64,000 bases of DNA, taken from contig JAXHMY010000001.1 of NCBI GenBank assembly GCA_034520965.1, positions 992,001 through 1,056,000 of the forward strand. Direction: 5' to 3'. Under the pieces are notes generated by a model that was not told the DNA's origin, made no database searches, and worked only from the letters and a program-made list of their open reading frames with translations. The stretch is from Spirochaetia bacterium (lineage in GTDB: Bacteria > Spirochaetota > Spirochaetia > DSM-16054 > Sediminispirochaetaceae). This document shows positions 10,306 to 19,402 of this stretch, one piece after another (within the stretch, counting starts at the first letter, position 1; each line of letters starts with the position of its first letter). The position numbers and the translations under genes were made by a program.

Positions 10306-10913
10306 ATCATAAACATATAACTTAGTAAGCCAACCCCTACCGGCAGTATTATATTGTCTAAATCTTTTGACGGAATCATTTCCAGCAGAGTCGCTGCAAA
10401 TGCAACCGTCAACGCAGTGGAGAGAGTCGGCAGCGGGCCGAGGGCCAGCAAGAACACTACCAAGAAACAGGCAAGGCTTCCGGCCACAGTTTTACCACCG
10501 CTCAGGGGAATACGAACGCGCCCGATGCTTTTGCCGATTAAACTGGAAAGGCCGTCTCCAAAAGCCAAGGCATAAATTGCCAGGCTGGCCGCCGGTTCGG
10601 GATACAACATCAGTGCCAGCATGGCACCCATGGCCAAAGTAATCGGCCCAAAAACGAGTCCGTTCATATCTCTGCTGCGGGAGGCGCTCATTGTGATAAA
10701 CGACACCACCCCTATTTGTCGCCCCTCAAGCCGCTCCAGCTCCGCCCAGGTATAGAAAAGCACCCCGCTTCCCAGCATGAGTAAAGTTATCTGAAGGTTC
10801 AACGCGGCTAAGGGAGGTACCAATGCGATCAGCATATGGATCGATTTTCTGATTACTTCCGTTGTTAATTCCTGCTGCCGGCTTGTACTAACTGTGTTTA
10901 ATATTGAGCTCAT
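10302..10913 (-). CDS. Dolichol/phytol kinase-like or cytidylyltransferase-family membrane protein
   Basis: EVIRKSIH, LAFGDGLSSLIGKSIG, GKTVAGS, LDNIILP motifs. Confidence 0.85.
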   Translation of the reverse strand: MSSILNTVSTSRQQELTTEVIRKSIHMLIALVPPLAALNLQITLLMLGSGVLFYTWAELERLEGRQIGVVSFITMSASRSRDMNGLVFGPITLAMGAMLALMLYPEPAASLAIYALAFGDGLSSLIGKSIGRVRIPLSGGKTVAGSLACFLVVFLLALGPLPTLSTALTVAFAATLLEMIPSKDLDNIILPVGVGLLSYMFMI

Positions 10914-10962
10914 ATATATCCTGTATTTCTTGATTATTTCGTATCTGCATTACTCTTAAACA

Positions 10963-10978
10963 TGCAAGATGCATGCCA
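10963..10978 (-). promoter_or_regulatory. sigma54 (-24/-12) promoter
   Basis: Minus strand TGGCATGCATCTTGCA matches TGGCAC-N5-TTGCW with exact GG/GC spacing, ~50 bp upstream of the 10913 start, with AT-rich DNA further upstream. Confidence 0.75.
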
Positions 10979-11242
10979 AACATCGAAACTAATGGTTTTT
11001 GTTAATATACTGTTTGGGTGTAGTAATTTAAGTGCAGCTAAGAATAATAGGTATTTTAGGGTAGAAGCAAAAGTGCAGTTTTTTATACAGTTTTATTCAC
11101 AAATTACTACTCTTTCAGGTGGAAATTACAAATGCTGCAGGATTTGCTGAACCTAGAACTCTTTAAAATAGATGGACTCTGTCTACAATATACATCCCGA
11201 GGCCGAATAAATCAACAGGACCTCAGGGATTTCAGTAATTAG

Positions 11243-11632
11243 TCACTCCAGTGATTGAATGTCCGTTTCCGGGAAGTCGCTGCCCTTGTAGAGGAGAGGC
11301 TCTTCCTTCGCAGTTGCGAGGGCGTACGAAAAACAATCCCCATAGTTGAGACCCGCCGCATGTCGACCTTTACCGAAGCGTCGGTATGCATCGAGCGCAA
11401 TTTCCGCCTGCTCCAAGTCCACCTGATCTATCTGAATTTCCGCACGACTCACAAAGAGTATAAGTTGATGTGTACCAGTACTTCCAAAACGAGATTCCAA
11501 TACAATTCCAGCCTCAACATACGTTGCGGCGGACATTCTACGTATCGGAGCGTCCACAATAAAACGGATGAATGTGTCACGTTCGGGCTCGTTTTGCAAA
11601 ACCGCAAGAACAGCTGAGGTATCTATGACCAT
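11243..11632 (-). CDS. vapC: VapC PIN-domain toxin
   Basis: MVIDTSAVLAVL, GKGRHAAGLNYGDCFSYALA, LLYKGSDF. Confidence 0.95.
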   Translation of the reverse strand: MVIDTSAVLAVLQNEPERDTFIRFIVDAPIRRMSAATYVEAGIVLESRFGSTGTHQLILFVSRAEIQIDQVDLEQAEIALDAYRRFGKGRHAAGLNYGDCFSYALATAKEEPLLYKGSDFPETDIQSLE

Positions 11633-11891
11633 TACTCTGCGATCCCCCTCTCATCGTAGCCGAGAATTTCATCTGCACTGCGTTTGTCGTGGACCGGAAG
11701 GGCTGCGGTGAATTTGGCGATATCCTGCAGTTCTTTAAAAGAGCGTTCCGATTACGCAATTTCCGTGTTTTTCTGCGCTCGACCGCATCCTGGAGGGCAG
11801 CTGTAACGGCATTGGTAATCGAAGTATTGGTGAGCTCGGCAAGTTCCTTTGCCAGCGCATGCGTCCGTTCATTTTTAATATTCAACGGCAC
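11632..11891 (-). CDS. vapB: VapB antitoxin (1-nt frameshift near 11734)
   Basis: LNIKNERTHALAKELA...AVTAAL. Restoring one A gives ELQDIAK...RSADEILGYDERGIAE*, whose stop overlaps the vapC ATG (TAATG). Confidence 0.88.
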
Positions 11892-12023
11892 ACTTTTTCT
11901 CCATCAGAGGCTCCTCCATTAAATTTCCTCCATTAAAGCAATTTTTCTTCCTTCTTTAATATACCATAAAAATGGGGCTCTGTGAAGAAACAATTCAGTG
12001 AAATCTACATTTGGAATTGCTGC

Positions 12024-12908
12024 CTACCCAGCTTTGCACACCAGCATAATGTCGCCGACTTCACTGCCGCTGTGGCGGGCTATTACTTTGCACTTGGTCT
12101 TAAAGAGAAAATACAGCCCGCGATCGACCTCCGACAGGGTCTCATAGTTGCCCTGGCCCTTGCTTATCACCACATCCGCCGAATCAAAGAGTCTCGTAAA
12201 TTCAGCGCTGCACATCGACAGGATAGTCCCGGGGGCCTCACTTCCGCTGGAAATCACCGGAACCAGTTCGGTAAGCCCGATCGCCTCGGCATCTTCCAGG
12301 GTGGCGTCGTTGATAATCGGTGCATGGCGCACGGCCACGCTCATTTTGAGCTGGGGGAAGTCCGCACGCAGCTGCTCAATCAGGAGCATGTCAAAGACAA
12401 TTTCGCCGGCATTATCGGCTATGAACAGCAGGGTATCTGCCCCGGCCAGATCCGCCTTCAGGGCCGGCAGGGCAAAGTTCTCGGGGGCCTCGGCGCCTAT
12501 TCTCGACTCCTCGTCGGCCACCAGCTGCTGCATGGTGTGGGTGATGTCTAAATCGGTGGAGACCCCCAGGTCGATACTGTTACCGGCAATCGCAAACTCG
12601 ACGGCGGTGCGCAGGGGCTGGGCGCTGCGGGCAATCAGGCGCCGTACCTCCGGGGCGGCCTCCAGGGCCATACGGTTGCTCTGCTGCTTTTCCCCCGCAA
12701 AGGGGTCCGACTCACCAGTTATTTCACGAATCATGCGGTTGATCTGCAGAGACATCTGCGGAGGGCTCGCATCCGATGGAAAACCGGGCAGCATTTCCGC
12801 CACCCGGTTCAACACCTCCCGCTGTTGGGACTCATCCAGACCGTTACGCCGGGCAATACCCAAGCCGTGGTCCATGAAACAGGAAAAGCAGTCTAAAAAG
12901 GTACGCAT
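12024..12908 (-). CDS. ARMT1-like / DUF89 damage-control phosphatase
   Basis: DCFSC, DPF..EK..SN, AIAGNSID, ADNAGEIVFD, PIINDAT, ISKGQGNYE. Confidence 0.93.
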   Translation of the reverse strand: MRTFLDCFSCFMDHGLGIARRNGLDESQQREVLNRVAEMLPGFPSDASPPQMSLQINRMIREITGESDPFAGEKQQSNRMALEAAPEVRRLIARSAQPLRTAVEFAIAGNSIDLGVSTDLDITHTMQQLVADEESRIGAEAPENFALPALKADLAGADTLLFIADNAGEIVFDMLLIEQLRADFPQLKMSVAVRHAPIINDATLEDAEAIGLTELVPVISSGSEAPGTILSMCSAEFTRLFDSADVVISKGQGNYETLSEVDRGLYFLFKTKCKVIARHSGSEVGDIMLVCKAG

Positions 12909-12920
12909 AATATCCGCCGC

Positions 12921-13763
12921 CTATTCCGCGGCGGGAATACCGTTCTTTTCGATATTCTTCAGGGTGTTATCGACAATTGCCTGAAGTGCGGTGGATGAGG
13001 CACTCTGGGGCTTATCGGTAATATAGTGAGTACCCTTGTCCTCGGCCTCCATTAGGGCCTGGTCCAGGGGAATCGCGCCTAAGAAGGGAACCTCCATCTC
13101 CTCTGCCGCCCGCTTGCCCCCGTCTTTCCCAAAGAGGGGGATCTCCTTGCCGCAGTGGGGACACAGCAGCCCGCTCATGTTCTCCACCACGCCCAGCACG
13201 GGTACCTTAAGCTGCTTGGAAAAGTTGACGCTCTTGCGCGAATCGAGTATGGCCACCTGCTGCGGGGTGGTGACGATAATGCTTCCATCGAGTTCCGGTA
13301 TAAGCTGGGCAACCGTCAGGGGCTCGTCGCCGGTTCCGGGGGGAGAGTCTATTACCAGGTAATCCAGGCTGCCCCAGTTTACATCGGCCAGAAACTGCTT
13401 GATCACCCCGATCTTCAGGGGGCCGCGCCAGATTACAGGGGTATCCGGGCCGTGGCCGGCCATCGACAGGCTGACTACCTTGAGGTTTTTATTCACCTCG
13501 AAGGGCTCAATTCCCTCATCGGAGGACAACAGCTGTGCGTTGTCGGCACCCAGCATTTTAGCCACATTGGGGCCGTGCAGGTCGGTATCCATCAAGCCGA
13601 CCTTAAAGCCCTTATCCGCCAGGCTTAAGGCTATATTTACAGAGACGGTGGTTTTACCGACTCCACCCTTTCCGCTCAGTACCAGGATTTTATGGGTAAT
13701 TCCGGCCATCCGCTCTTTTAAGCGGGCATCCTGGGCCTCTCTCTCTTCCTTCTGATCCGCCAT
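12921..13763 (-). CDS. mrp: Mrp/NBP35 Fe-S carrier ATPase
   Basis: SGKGGVGKT, VIWRGP, DYLVIDSPPGTGD, VVENMS..CPHC. Confidence 0.94.
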   Translation of the reverse strand: MADQKEEREAQDARLKERMAGITHKILVLSGKGGVGKTTVSVNIALSLADKGFKVGLMDTDLHGPNVAKMLGADNAQLLSSDEGIEPFEVNKNLKVVSLSMAGHGPDTPVIWRGPLKIGVIKQFLADVNWGSLDYLVIDSPPGTGDEPLTVAQLIPELDGSIIVTTPQQVAILDSRKSVNFSKQLKVPVLGVVENMSGLLCPHCGKEIPLFGKDGGKRAAEEMEVPFLGAIPLDQALMEAEDKGTHYITDKPQSASSTALQAIVDNTLKNIEKNGIPAAE

Positions 13764-13784
13764 TTCTCGTTCCTTCCTTTGGAC

Positions 13785-14647
13785 TTACACTTCCGTTATT
13801 TTTTCCCACACGCTCTTCAGCCGATCGGAAATATCATCATCAAAACTACATGCGTAGGGTTTTAAATCCGCCACCGAATCAACTATCCGTTTGTCGTAGG
13901 GAACATCTCCAAGATACCGAATTTTTTTCTCTTCGGCAAATGTGCGCAGCTCTTCGGCCACCTGCGGGTTAATCGTACTCTTATTGATCACCATTCCCAC
14001 GGGAATTCCGAAATGCATGGCCACATCGATCACCCGTTTTACATCGTGCACCCCGGCGGTGGTCGGTTCGGTCACCAGTACCACCATATCCACACCGGTC
14101 ATGGCAGACATCACCGCGCAGCCGGTCCCCGGAGGACCGTCAATCACGACCCAGTCGCTTCCCTGCTGCTCACCGGTACTGCGGGCATTCGAACGAACCA
14201 GCTGCACCAGCTTTCCGGAGTTTCCTCGCCGGCGAAGAGCTGGGCGTGAACCATCGGCCCGAATTTGGTGTCCGACTCAAACCACCGGCCGGCATCGCTG
14301 GTGCGAAAACTGAAGGCTTCGGTGGGACATACCAGCCCGCAGACCCCGCAGCCCTCGCAGGCCACCGAATCTACCACTGCCACTCCGTCCTTCATGCTCA
14401 GGGCGTCGAAGCGGCAGTGCTCTACGCAGATACCGCAGCCGGTGCAGGCGCTCTGGTTCAGCTCGGCCACCCGGCCGCCCTTGAACTCGTGGGTCTCTTT
14501 GACCTCCGGGGCCAGCAGCAGATGCAGGTTGGCCGCATCTACATCGCAGTCGGCAAAGACCGCATTCTGCGCCAGGCAGGCCAGGGAGGCGGAGACAAAG
14601 GTTTTACCGGTGCCCCCCTTTCCGCTGAGAATCACTATCTGTTTCAT
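13785..14647 (-). CDS. MinD/ParA-type P-loop ATPase with 2x[4Fe-4S] insert (1-nt frameshift near 14221)
   Basis: SGKGGTGKT, DCDVDAANL, two CxxCxxC..CP/CR motifs. Restoring one A gives GEENSGKLV and joins the two track ORFs (DGPPGTGC, VTEPT). Confidence 0.9.
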
Positions 14648-15543
14648 GGTTTTTGGCCCTCCTCGGCTACAAGTGCCTCGATCCGGCTGTACATCTCCTG
14701 AAAGTGGCGGCGGAAGTCCGGGTCGGCGGCTACAATACTCTCGCCGCGGGCGTAAAATTCGGCGATCTCCCGGCTGTAGGGAATCCGCATCAGCACCGGC
14801 AGGTTCTTCTTGCGGCAGAACTCCTCCACATCGCTGCGGCCGATGTCGGCCCGGTTTATTACCACCCCCATGGGCATATCCAGATCGCTGAGCACCTGTA
14901 CCGCCAGCTCAAGGTCGTGCAGGCCGAAGGGGGTGTTTTCCGTGACCAGGAGGCTGAAATCCGAATCCTTTACCGCCGTCACCATGGGGCAGGTGGTTCC
15001 CGGGGGCGAGTCGATTATTACCGGGGGGCCCCCCGAAGCTTCTGTGCCCCCCGGGCCCTCCGAAGCAGATCCGCCGATCTGCCGCTTTACCGCACGGATC
15101 AGGGGCGGGGCCAGCACCTCGCCGCTGTTCAGGTCGCCGTACAGCAGGTCTACCCCCGGCACCCGGGCCGAGACCAGTTTTCCGATGGGCCACGGCACCT
15201 CGGTGATTGCATCCTCGGGGCAGACAATTTTGCAGCCCCCGCAGCCGTGACACAAATTGTCAAACACCAGCAGCTTGTCTTTCAGACGGGCCAGGGCGTT
15301 GTATTCGCAAAAGGAGCTGCACAAGCCGCAGGCCGTGCATTTGTCATCGTCGATCCGGGGCACGAGAATCGAAAAATCCTCGCTGCTCCGTGACTCCGGC
15401 CCGAGCTGCAGAAACAGGTGGCTGTTTGGCTCCTCTACATCACAGTCGAGCAGCTGCACCTGCTGCTCCAGGGCCAGGGCCAGTCCCACAGCTACTGTGG
15501 TCTTGCCGGTGCCCCCCTTTCCGCTTGCGACCGAAATAGTCAT
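14644..15543 (-). CDS. MinD/ParA-type P-loop ATPase with 2x[4Fe-4S] insert
   Basis: ASGKGGTGKTT, DCDVEEPN, CTACGLC..C, CHGCGGC..VCP, DSPPGTTCP, TPFGLHDL. Confidence 0.92.
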   Translation of the reverse strand: MTISVASGKGGTGKTTVAVGLALALEQQVQLLDCDVEEPNSHLFLQLGPESRSSEDFSILVPRIDDDKCTACGLCSSFCEYNALARLKDKLLVFDNLCHGCGGCKIVCPEDAITEVPWPIGKLVSARVPGVDLLYGDLNSGEVLAPPLIRAVKRQIGGSASEGPGGTEASGGPPVIIDSPPGTTCPMVTAVKDSDFSLLVTENTPFGLHDLELAVQVLSDLDMPMGVVINRADIGRSDVEEFCRKKNLPVLMRIPYSREIAEFYARGESIVAADPDFRRHFQEMYSRIEALVAEEGQKP

Positions 15544-15555
15544 ACCCGGCCGGCC

Positions 15556-15915
15556 TTACGCGTGTCGGGCGGGACCGGTGGGTCCGCCGGTTTTCTCGAA
15601 TTCCCCAGCCAAAAAGGCCTGTACCGCCGACTCGACCGTGCCCTCGGCATTGGGATACACCTCGATACCCGCGGCGTTCAAGGTTTTGAAGGCGTTGGGC
15701 CCTACCTGCCCGGTCAGCACCGCCCCTACCTCTTGCTCGGCCATGTACTGGCTGGTCTGTACGCCAACCCCGCCGACTCCCGCAGCAAACTCGTTTGGCT
15801 CGAAACGGTAGTCACCGCTCTCGGTATCGTAAAAACAAAAATGGGCGCAGCGGCCGAATCGCGGATCGACATTCGAAGCGCGGTCCTCACCCTGGGAAGT
15901 TATACATATTTTCAT
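15556..15915 (-). CDS. NifB/NifX-family (orange-protein-like) cofactor-binding protein
   Basis: VDPRFGRC, GGVGVQ, VLTGQVGPNAF. Confidence 0.9.
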   Translation of the reverse strand: MKICITSQGEDRASNVDPRFGRCAHFCFYDTESGDYRFEPNEFAAGVGGVGVQTSQYMAEQEVGAVLTGQVGPNAFKTLNAAGIEVYPNAEGTVESAVQAFLAGEFEKTGGPTGPARHA

Positions 15916-16010
15916 GAAGGTCTCCTCGGTATTTGGTATTTTAAAAATGCAATCATAGTAGCGCGCTGGCCCCGACGGAAGCTCCAGCGGGGCTGCGCGA
16001 GAAACTCAGG

Positions 16011-16415
16011 CTAATGTCCGCCGCAGTCACCGTGGCCGTGCTGGTACCCGTGCTCACCGCCGTGACTGCCGTCGCCATGGCCTTCGCCGTGGGCGCAGAG
16101 GCTCTCGCCCCCCTCAAGGGTGCCGGCCAGGCAGGAGTTCAGTACCTCGTCCACAGTGCCGGTTACCCCGACTATCTGCTCGATATCCATCTGCTGAAAC
16201 AGCTGCTGAGCCCGCTGGCCCATTCCGCCGGCAATAATTACGTTCACCCCGTGATCATGAAGCAGGCGCGGGATGCGCCCCGGCTCATGGCCGGGGTTTT
16301 CAAGTTCGCTTCGCTGCTCGACGCTTCCGTCAACCAGATCAATCAAAGTATAAAGGGGGCAGCGCCCGAAGTGCGCTGCCACATGGCCGGCTTCTGTTGC
16401 AATTGCAATACGCAT
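16011..16415 (-). CDS. NifB/NifX-family protein with His/Gly-rich C-terminal tail
   Basis: VAAHFGRC, NPGHEPG, IIAGGMGQRA; tail HGEGHGDGSHGGEHGYQHGHGDCGGH. Start placed at ATG 16415. Confidence 0.9.
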   Translation of the reverse strand: MRIAIATEAGHVAAHFGRCPLYTLIDLVDGSVEQRSELENPGHEPGRIPRLLHDHGVNVIIAGGMGQRAQQLFQQMDIEQIVGVTGTVDEVLNSCLAGTLEGGESLCAHGEGHGDGSHGGEHGYQHGHGDCGGH

Positions 16416-16416
16416 A

Positions 16417-16776
16417 CTACTCTCCCTGCTTCTCGGTGTGAATGGCTTCCATTTCACGCTTCAAGAACTCCATACGCTCCTCGAGGGCGGCCATCTCATC
16501 TTCTAATAGGGCCTTGCGGTTTTCCGGGGCACGGGGTGCCTCCGGCCGGTTCCAGGCCATGCCTCGGCCACCCATTCCGCCGGCAAAGCCGCCGCCGTAG
16601 CCTCTGGCCATTCCGCGGCCGAAACCGCCGTGGGCGCGTCCGCCGCCCCAGGCCATTCCCCGACCGGGTCCCGGTGCGCTTGCATATCCGGGTGCCTCGT
16701 TTCCTGCGCAATATCCGAATGCGCGTCCTGTCATTGGTCCCATTCCGTTGGGTCCTGTTCTATCTCCTCGTGGCAT
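16417..16776 (-). CDS. DUF5320-family Gly/Arg-rich protein
   Basis: MPRGDRTGPNGMGPMTGRAFGYCAG N-terminus, GRG-rich middle, C-terminal coiled coil. Confidence 0.88.
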   Translation of the reverse strand: MPRGDRTGPNGMGPMTGRAFGYCAGNEAPGYASAPGPGRGMAWGGGRAHGGFGRGMARGYGGGFAGGMGGRGMAWNRPEAPRAPENRKALLEDEMAALEERMEFLKREMEAIHTEKQGE

Positions 16777-16805
16777 AATTATACCTCCTTGGGATTTTAT
16801 CCCAG

Positions 16806-17378
16806 CTAATGTGTTGTAGTTTGATTACACTCACGGCATACGCCGTAGAGCTGCAGTACATTCTGCTGCACCGTAAAGCCTTGGTCGGCCTTTACCAGCT
16901 CTTCAAGCTGGTCCAGCAGTTTGTGCTGCTCCTGGGGAATTTCGTTTACGGGAAAGCTTCGCCGGCAGTTACTGCAAATGAGTACCTCCCGCCGACGGCG
17001 CTCGTCCTGCTCGGCCAGCTTATAGCGGGCCTTGCCTTCGCCGGTATCTATCCGGTGGACCATCCCTATTTCAGCCAGCAGCTGCAGGGTGCGGTACACG
17101 GTTGCCAGGCCGATCCCCGGATGACGCTGGTGCACCTGCAGATACACATCGTCGGCACTCAGGTACTCATCGGACTGTTCCAGAATCTCCAGGATAATCT
17201 GCCGCGGTACGGTCAGACGGAGTCCGCGTCCTCTGAAAGGACCTCCCCCGCCATGGCCGCCCCGACAGCCCGGGCCAAAGCCCCCGCCGCGACCTCTGCC
17301 CCGGCCTCCTGGGCCTCCGCGGCCCGGTCCAAAACCGCCGCCGTCACCGGGTACGCTGTTTTCATCTTCTATTCCCAT
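16806..17378 (-). CDS. Fur-family transcriptional regulator (atypical)
   Basis: RLTxPRQIILE, IGLATVYRTLQLL, two CxxC motifs; Gly/Arg-rich N-terminal extension. Start placed at ATG 17378 after AAGGA. Confidence 0.88.
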   Translation of the reverse strand: MGIEDENSVPGDGGGFGPGRGGPGGRGRGRGGGFGPGCRGGHGGGGPFRGRGLRLTVPRQIILEILEQSDEYLSADDVYLQVHQRHPGIGLATVYRTLQLLAEIGMVHRIDTGEGKARYKLAEQDERRRREVLICSNCRRSFPVNEIPQEQHKLLDQLEELVKADQGFTVQQNVLQLYGVCRECNQTTTH

Positions 17379-17394
17379 GCAGCTCATTCCTTTT

Positions 17395-17443
17395 TGATAA
17401 TCATTCTCATTAACAATATACACCCACTCAGCCAAACCGTCAA
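17395..17443 (-). promoter_or_regulatory. sigma70 promoter with downstream Fur box
   Basis: TTGACG(17443-17438)-17 nt-TATATT(17420-17415). TGATAAT-C-ATTCTCA at 17395-17409 differs by 1 nt from the 7-1-7 Fur box TGATAAT-N-ATTATCA. Confidence 0.8.
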
Positions 17444-17520
17444 GGGCTAATAAAAAGAAACAAAGAGCAAAAGCGAGGCGAACTTCCCATACCCTTTAAA
17501 AGCGGATATACTCGGTGGCC

Positions 17521-18780
17521 ATGAGCGTACCCATTATTGTAAAAATTCTCGTTTCGCTGGCGCTGATCCTGGTGGGAAATAAGCTGTTTCACAACCTTTC
17601 GGCGGCGGTGGCTCTAGGAACCTTGGTGCTGGCGGTATGGTCGGGCCACGGCCCCGCCGAAATTGCCGGGATTGCCGCCGACCGCTTTTTAAGCCTGGAT
17701 AACGGACTGCTGCTTTTGGTGGTGATTCTGGTGATCTGGCTCTCGAGCCAGATGGACAGTACCGGTATTATGCGGGATTTGGTGGGCAGCCTGCGCGCCT
17801 TTCTCTCGCCCCGCAGTTCAATGGCGGTACTGCCGGCGGTGATCGGCCTGCTGCCGATGCCCGGGGGAGCCCTGTTCTCCGCGCCCCTGGTAGACGACTG
17901 CGATGAGAAGGAGGAGGTTCCGGCGCTGCTGAAATCGCAGATCAACTACTGGTTCCGCCACGTGTGGGAGCTGACCTGGCCCCTGTATCCGGGGGTTATT
18001 CTGGCCACCGACATTGCGGGGCTGCAGGTGTGGCATGTGTTTCTGGTGGGAATTCCGATGATGGCTACCTCGATTGGGGCGGGCTACTTTTTTATTCTGC
18101 GCAAAGCCCGCATCGGCGCCGGCCACACCACCCCCTCGCAGCACCGCTTTCTGCACCTGATGCTGCCGATTTTTACGGTAATCGGAGTCTACATTTTTAT
18201 CATGATCTTCTTTCCCGCGGTGTCGGAGGTGAGTAACTATCTGCCGATGCTGATAGGCATTGCCGCCGCGATTCTGGCGGTGCAGTTTAAACGGCCCCTG
18301 GGATGGGCCGAATGGAGGGGTATTTTTTTCAGCCGCCGGGCCCTGAATATGGGCATCATCGTGGCGCTTATTCGCATTTACGGGGCCTTTATCGAGACCC
18401 GTCTGCCCGGCGGGACCATGCTGATGGAGCAGATGCGAATGGAACTGAATACCCTGGGCATTCCCCTGATACTGCTGCTAATGCTGATGCCCTTTATCAG
18501 CGGCATGACCACCGGTATTTCGGTGGGTTTTGTCGGGGCCAGTTTGCCGATTGCTTTTTCGCTGCTGAGCCCGGATGCGGGGCTGGCCGAGCGGCTGGGC
18601 ACGCTGATGCTTACCTACCCCTTCGGCTTTATCGGGGTGATGCTCTCGCCGGTGCACGTCTGTTTTATCGTCACCAGCGAGCACTTCAAAACCAGCCTGG
18701 TAAAGAGTATGGGCCGGCTGCTGGCACCCTCGGCGGTGGTACTGGCCGTCTCCTTTGCAATCGGACTGCTGCTGTTGTAA
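17521..18780 (+). CDS. DUF401-family membrane protein (putative transporter)
   Basis: PAVIGLLPMPGGALFSAPLV, INYWFRHVWE..WPLYPG, LSPVHVCF. Confidence 0.85.
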   Translation: MSVPIIVKILVSLALILVGNKLFHNLSAAVALGTLVLAVWSGHGPAEIAGIAADRFLSLDNGLLLLVVILVIWLSSQMDSTGIMRDLVGSLRAFLSPRSSMAVLPAVIGLLPMPGGALFSAPLVDDCDEKEEVPALLKSQINYWFRHVWELTWPLYPGVILATDIAGLQVWHVFLVGIPMMATSIGAGYFFILRKARIGAGHTTPSQHRFLHLMLPIFTVIGVYIFIMIFFPAVSEVSNYLPMLIGIAAAILAVQFKRPLGWAEWRGIFFSRRALNMGIIVALIRIYGAFIETRLPGGTMLMEQMRMELNTLGIPLILLLMLMPFISGMTTGISVGFVGASLPIAFSLLSPDAGLAERLGTLMLTYPFGFIGVMLSPVHVCFIVTSEHFKTSLVKSMGRLLAPSAVVLAVSFAIGLLLL

Positions 18781-18808
18781 ATTGTTAGAGTAAAGAGGGA
18801 GGGGGAAT

Positions 18809-19237
18809 ATGCACAACAAAAAACCGAACGGCGACGCCAACGACACCGAGATGATTCAGGACCTAAAGGAGAAGCGGGAGGATATCCTAAGAGAGATTCA
18901 GGAGTACAACCAGGAGCGGGAGCAGATAAAATCGATGCTGGGCAGTGTGGGTGGAGAGAGGTACTCGAAAACCGACAAGATTATCAATATTTTCTTTGTG
19001 CTGCTGATCATCGGGTTTATCATTCTGGAAATAACCACCGACTTTCTCCCGCCCTACATTTCTCTGGAAATAGGGGTGCTGCTGGTCTCGATTAAGATTA
19101 TCTGGATGATCCACTCGCAGCACAAGTTCAACCACTTTCAGTTCTGGATTCTCAACTCTTTGGAGTTTCGGATGAACAATATGTATTCGCGAATCAAGAA
19201 GATTGAACGGATGCTTAGCTCGCAGGACGAGAAATAG
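18809..19237 (+). CDS. Hypothetical protein (coiled coil plus 2 TM helices)
   Basis: GGAGG RBS; clean ORF with two hydrophobic segments and NHFQFWILNSLEFR. Confidence 0.8.
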   Translation: MHNKKPNGDANDTEMIQDLKEKREDILREIQEYNQEREQIKSMLGSVGGERYSKTDKIINIFFVLLIIGFIILEITTDFLPPYISLEIGVLLVSIKIIWMIHSQHKFNHFQFWILNSLEFRMNNMYSRIKKIERMLSSQDEK

Positions 19238-19260
19238 CCGACTGCAACTAAATGCAGCCG

Positions 19261-19402
19261 CAGCAATTCTCATTTTGGATAGTGTAATTACACTATCCAA
19301 AATGAGAATGCCTCCAAAAGTTAAGATATATAAAAATTTGCAAAGAATTTGATGCGAATTCTCAATTTGGAAGTCAGAAGACTTCCAAATTGAGAATCGC
19401 TG
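19261..19402. mobile_element. MITE/REPIN-like double-hairpin element, copy 2 (142 bp, opposite orientation to copy 1)
   Basis: Ends CAGCAATTCT...AGAATCGCTG; exact 9-bp direct repeat ATGCAGCCG at 19252-19260 and 19403-19411; perfect 44-bp palindrome at 19266-19309 plus a hairpin with 18-bp arms. Confidence 0.92.

Noticed and set aside
15961..15999. GC-rich stem-loop inside the ORP-like operon as an ncRNA or riboswitch
   Set aside because: It is a single short hairpin with no recognisable family motif and no U-tract, more likely an mRNA stability or processing element.
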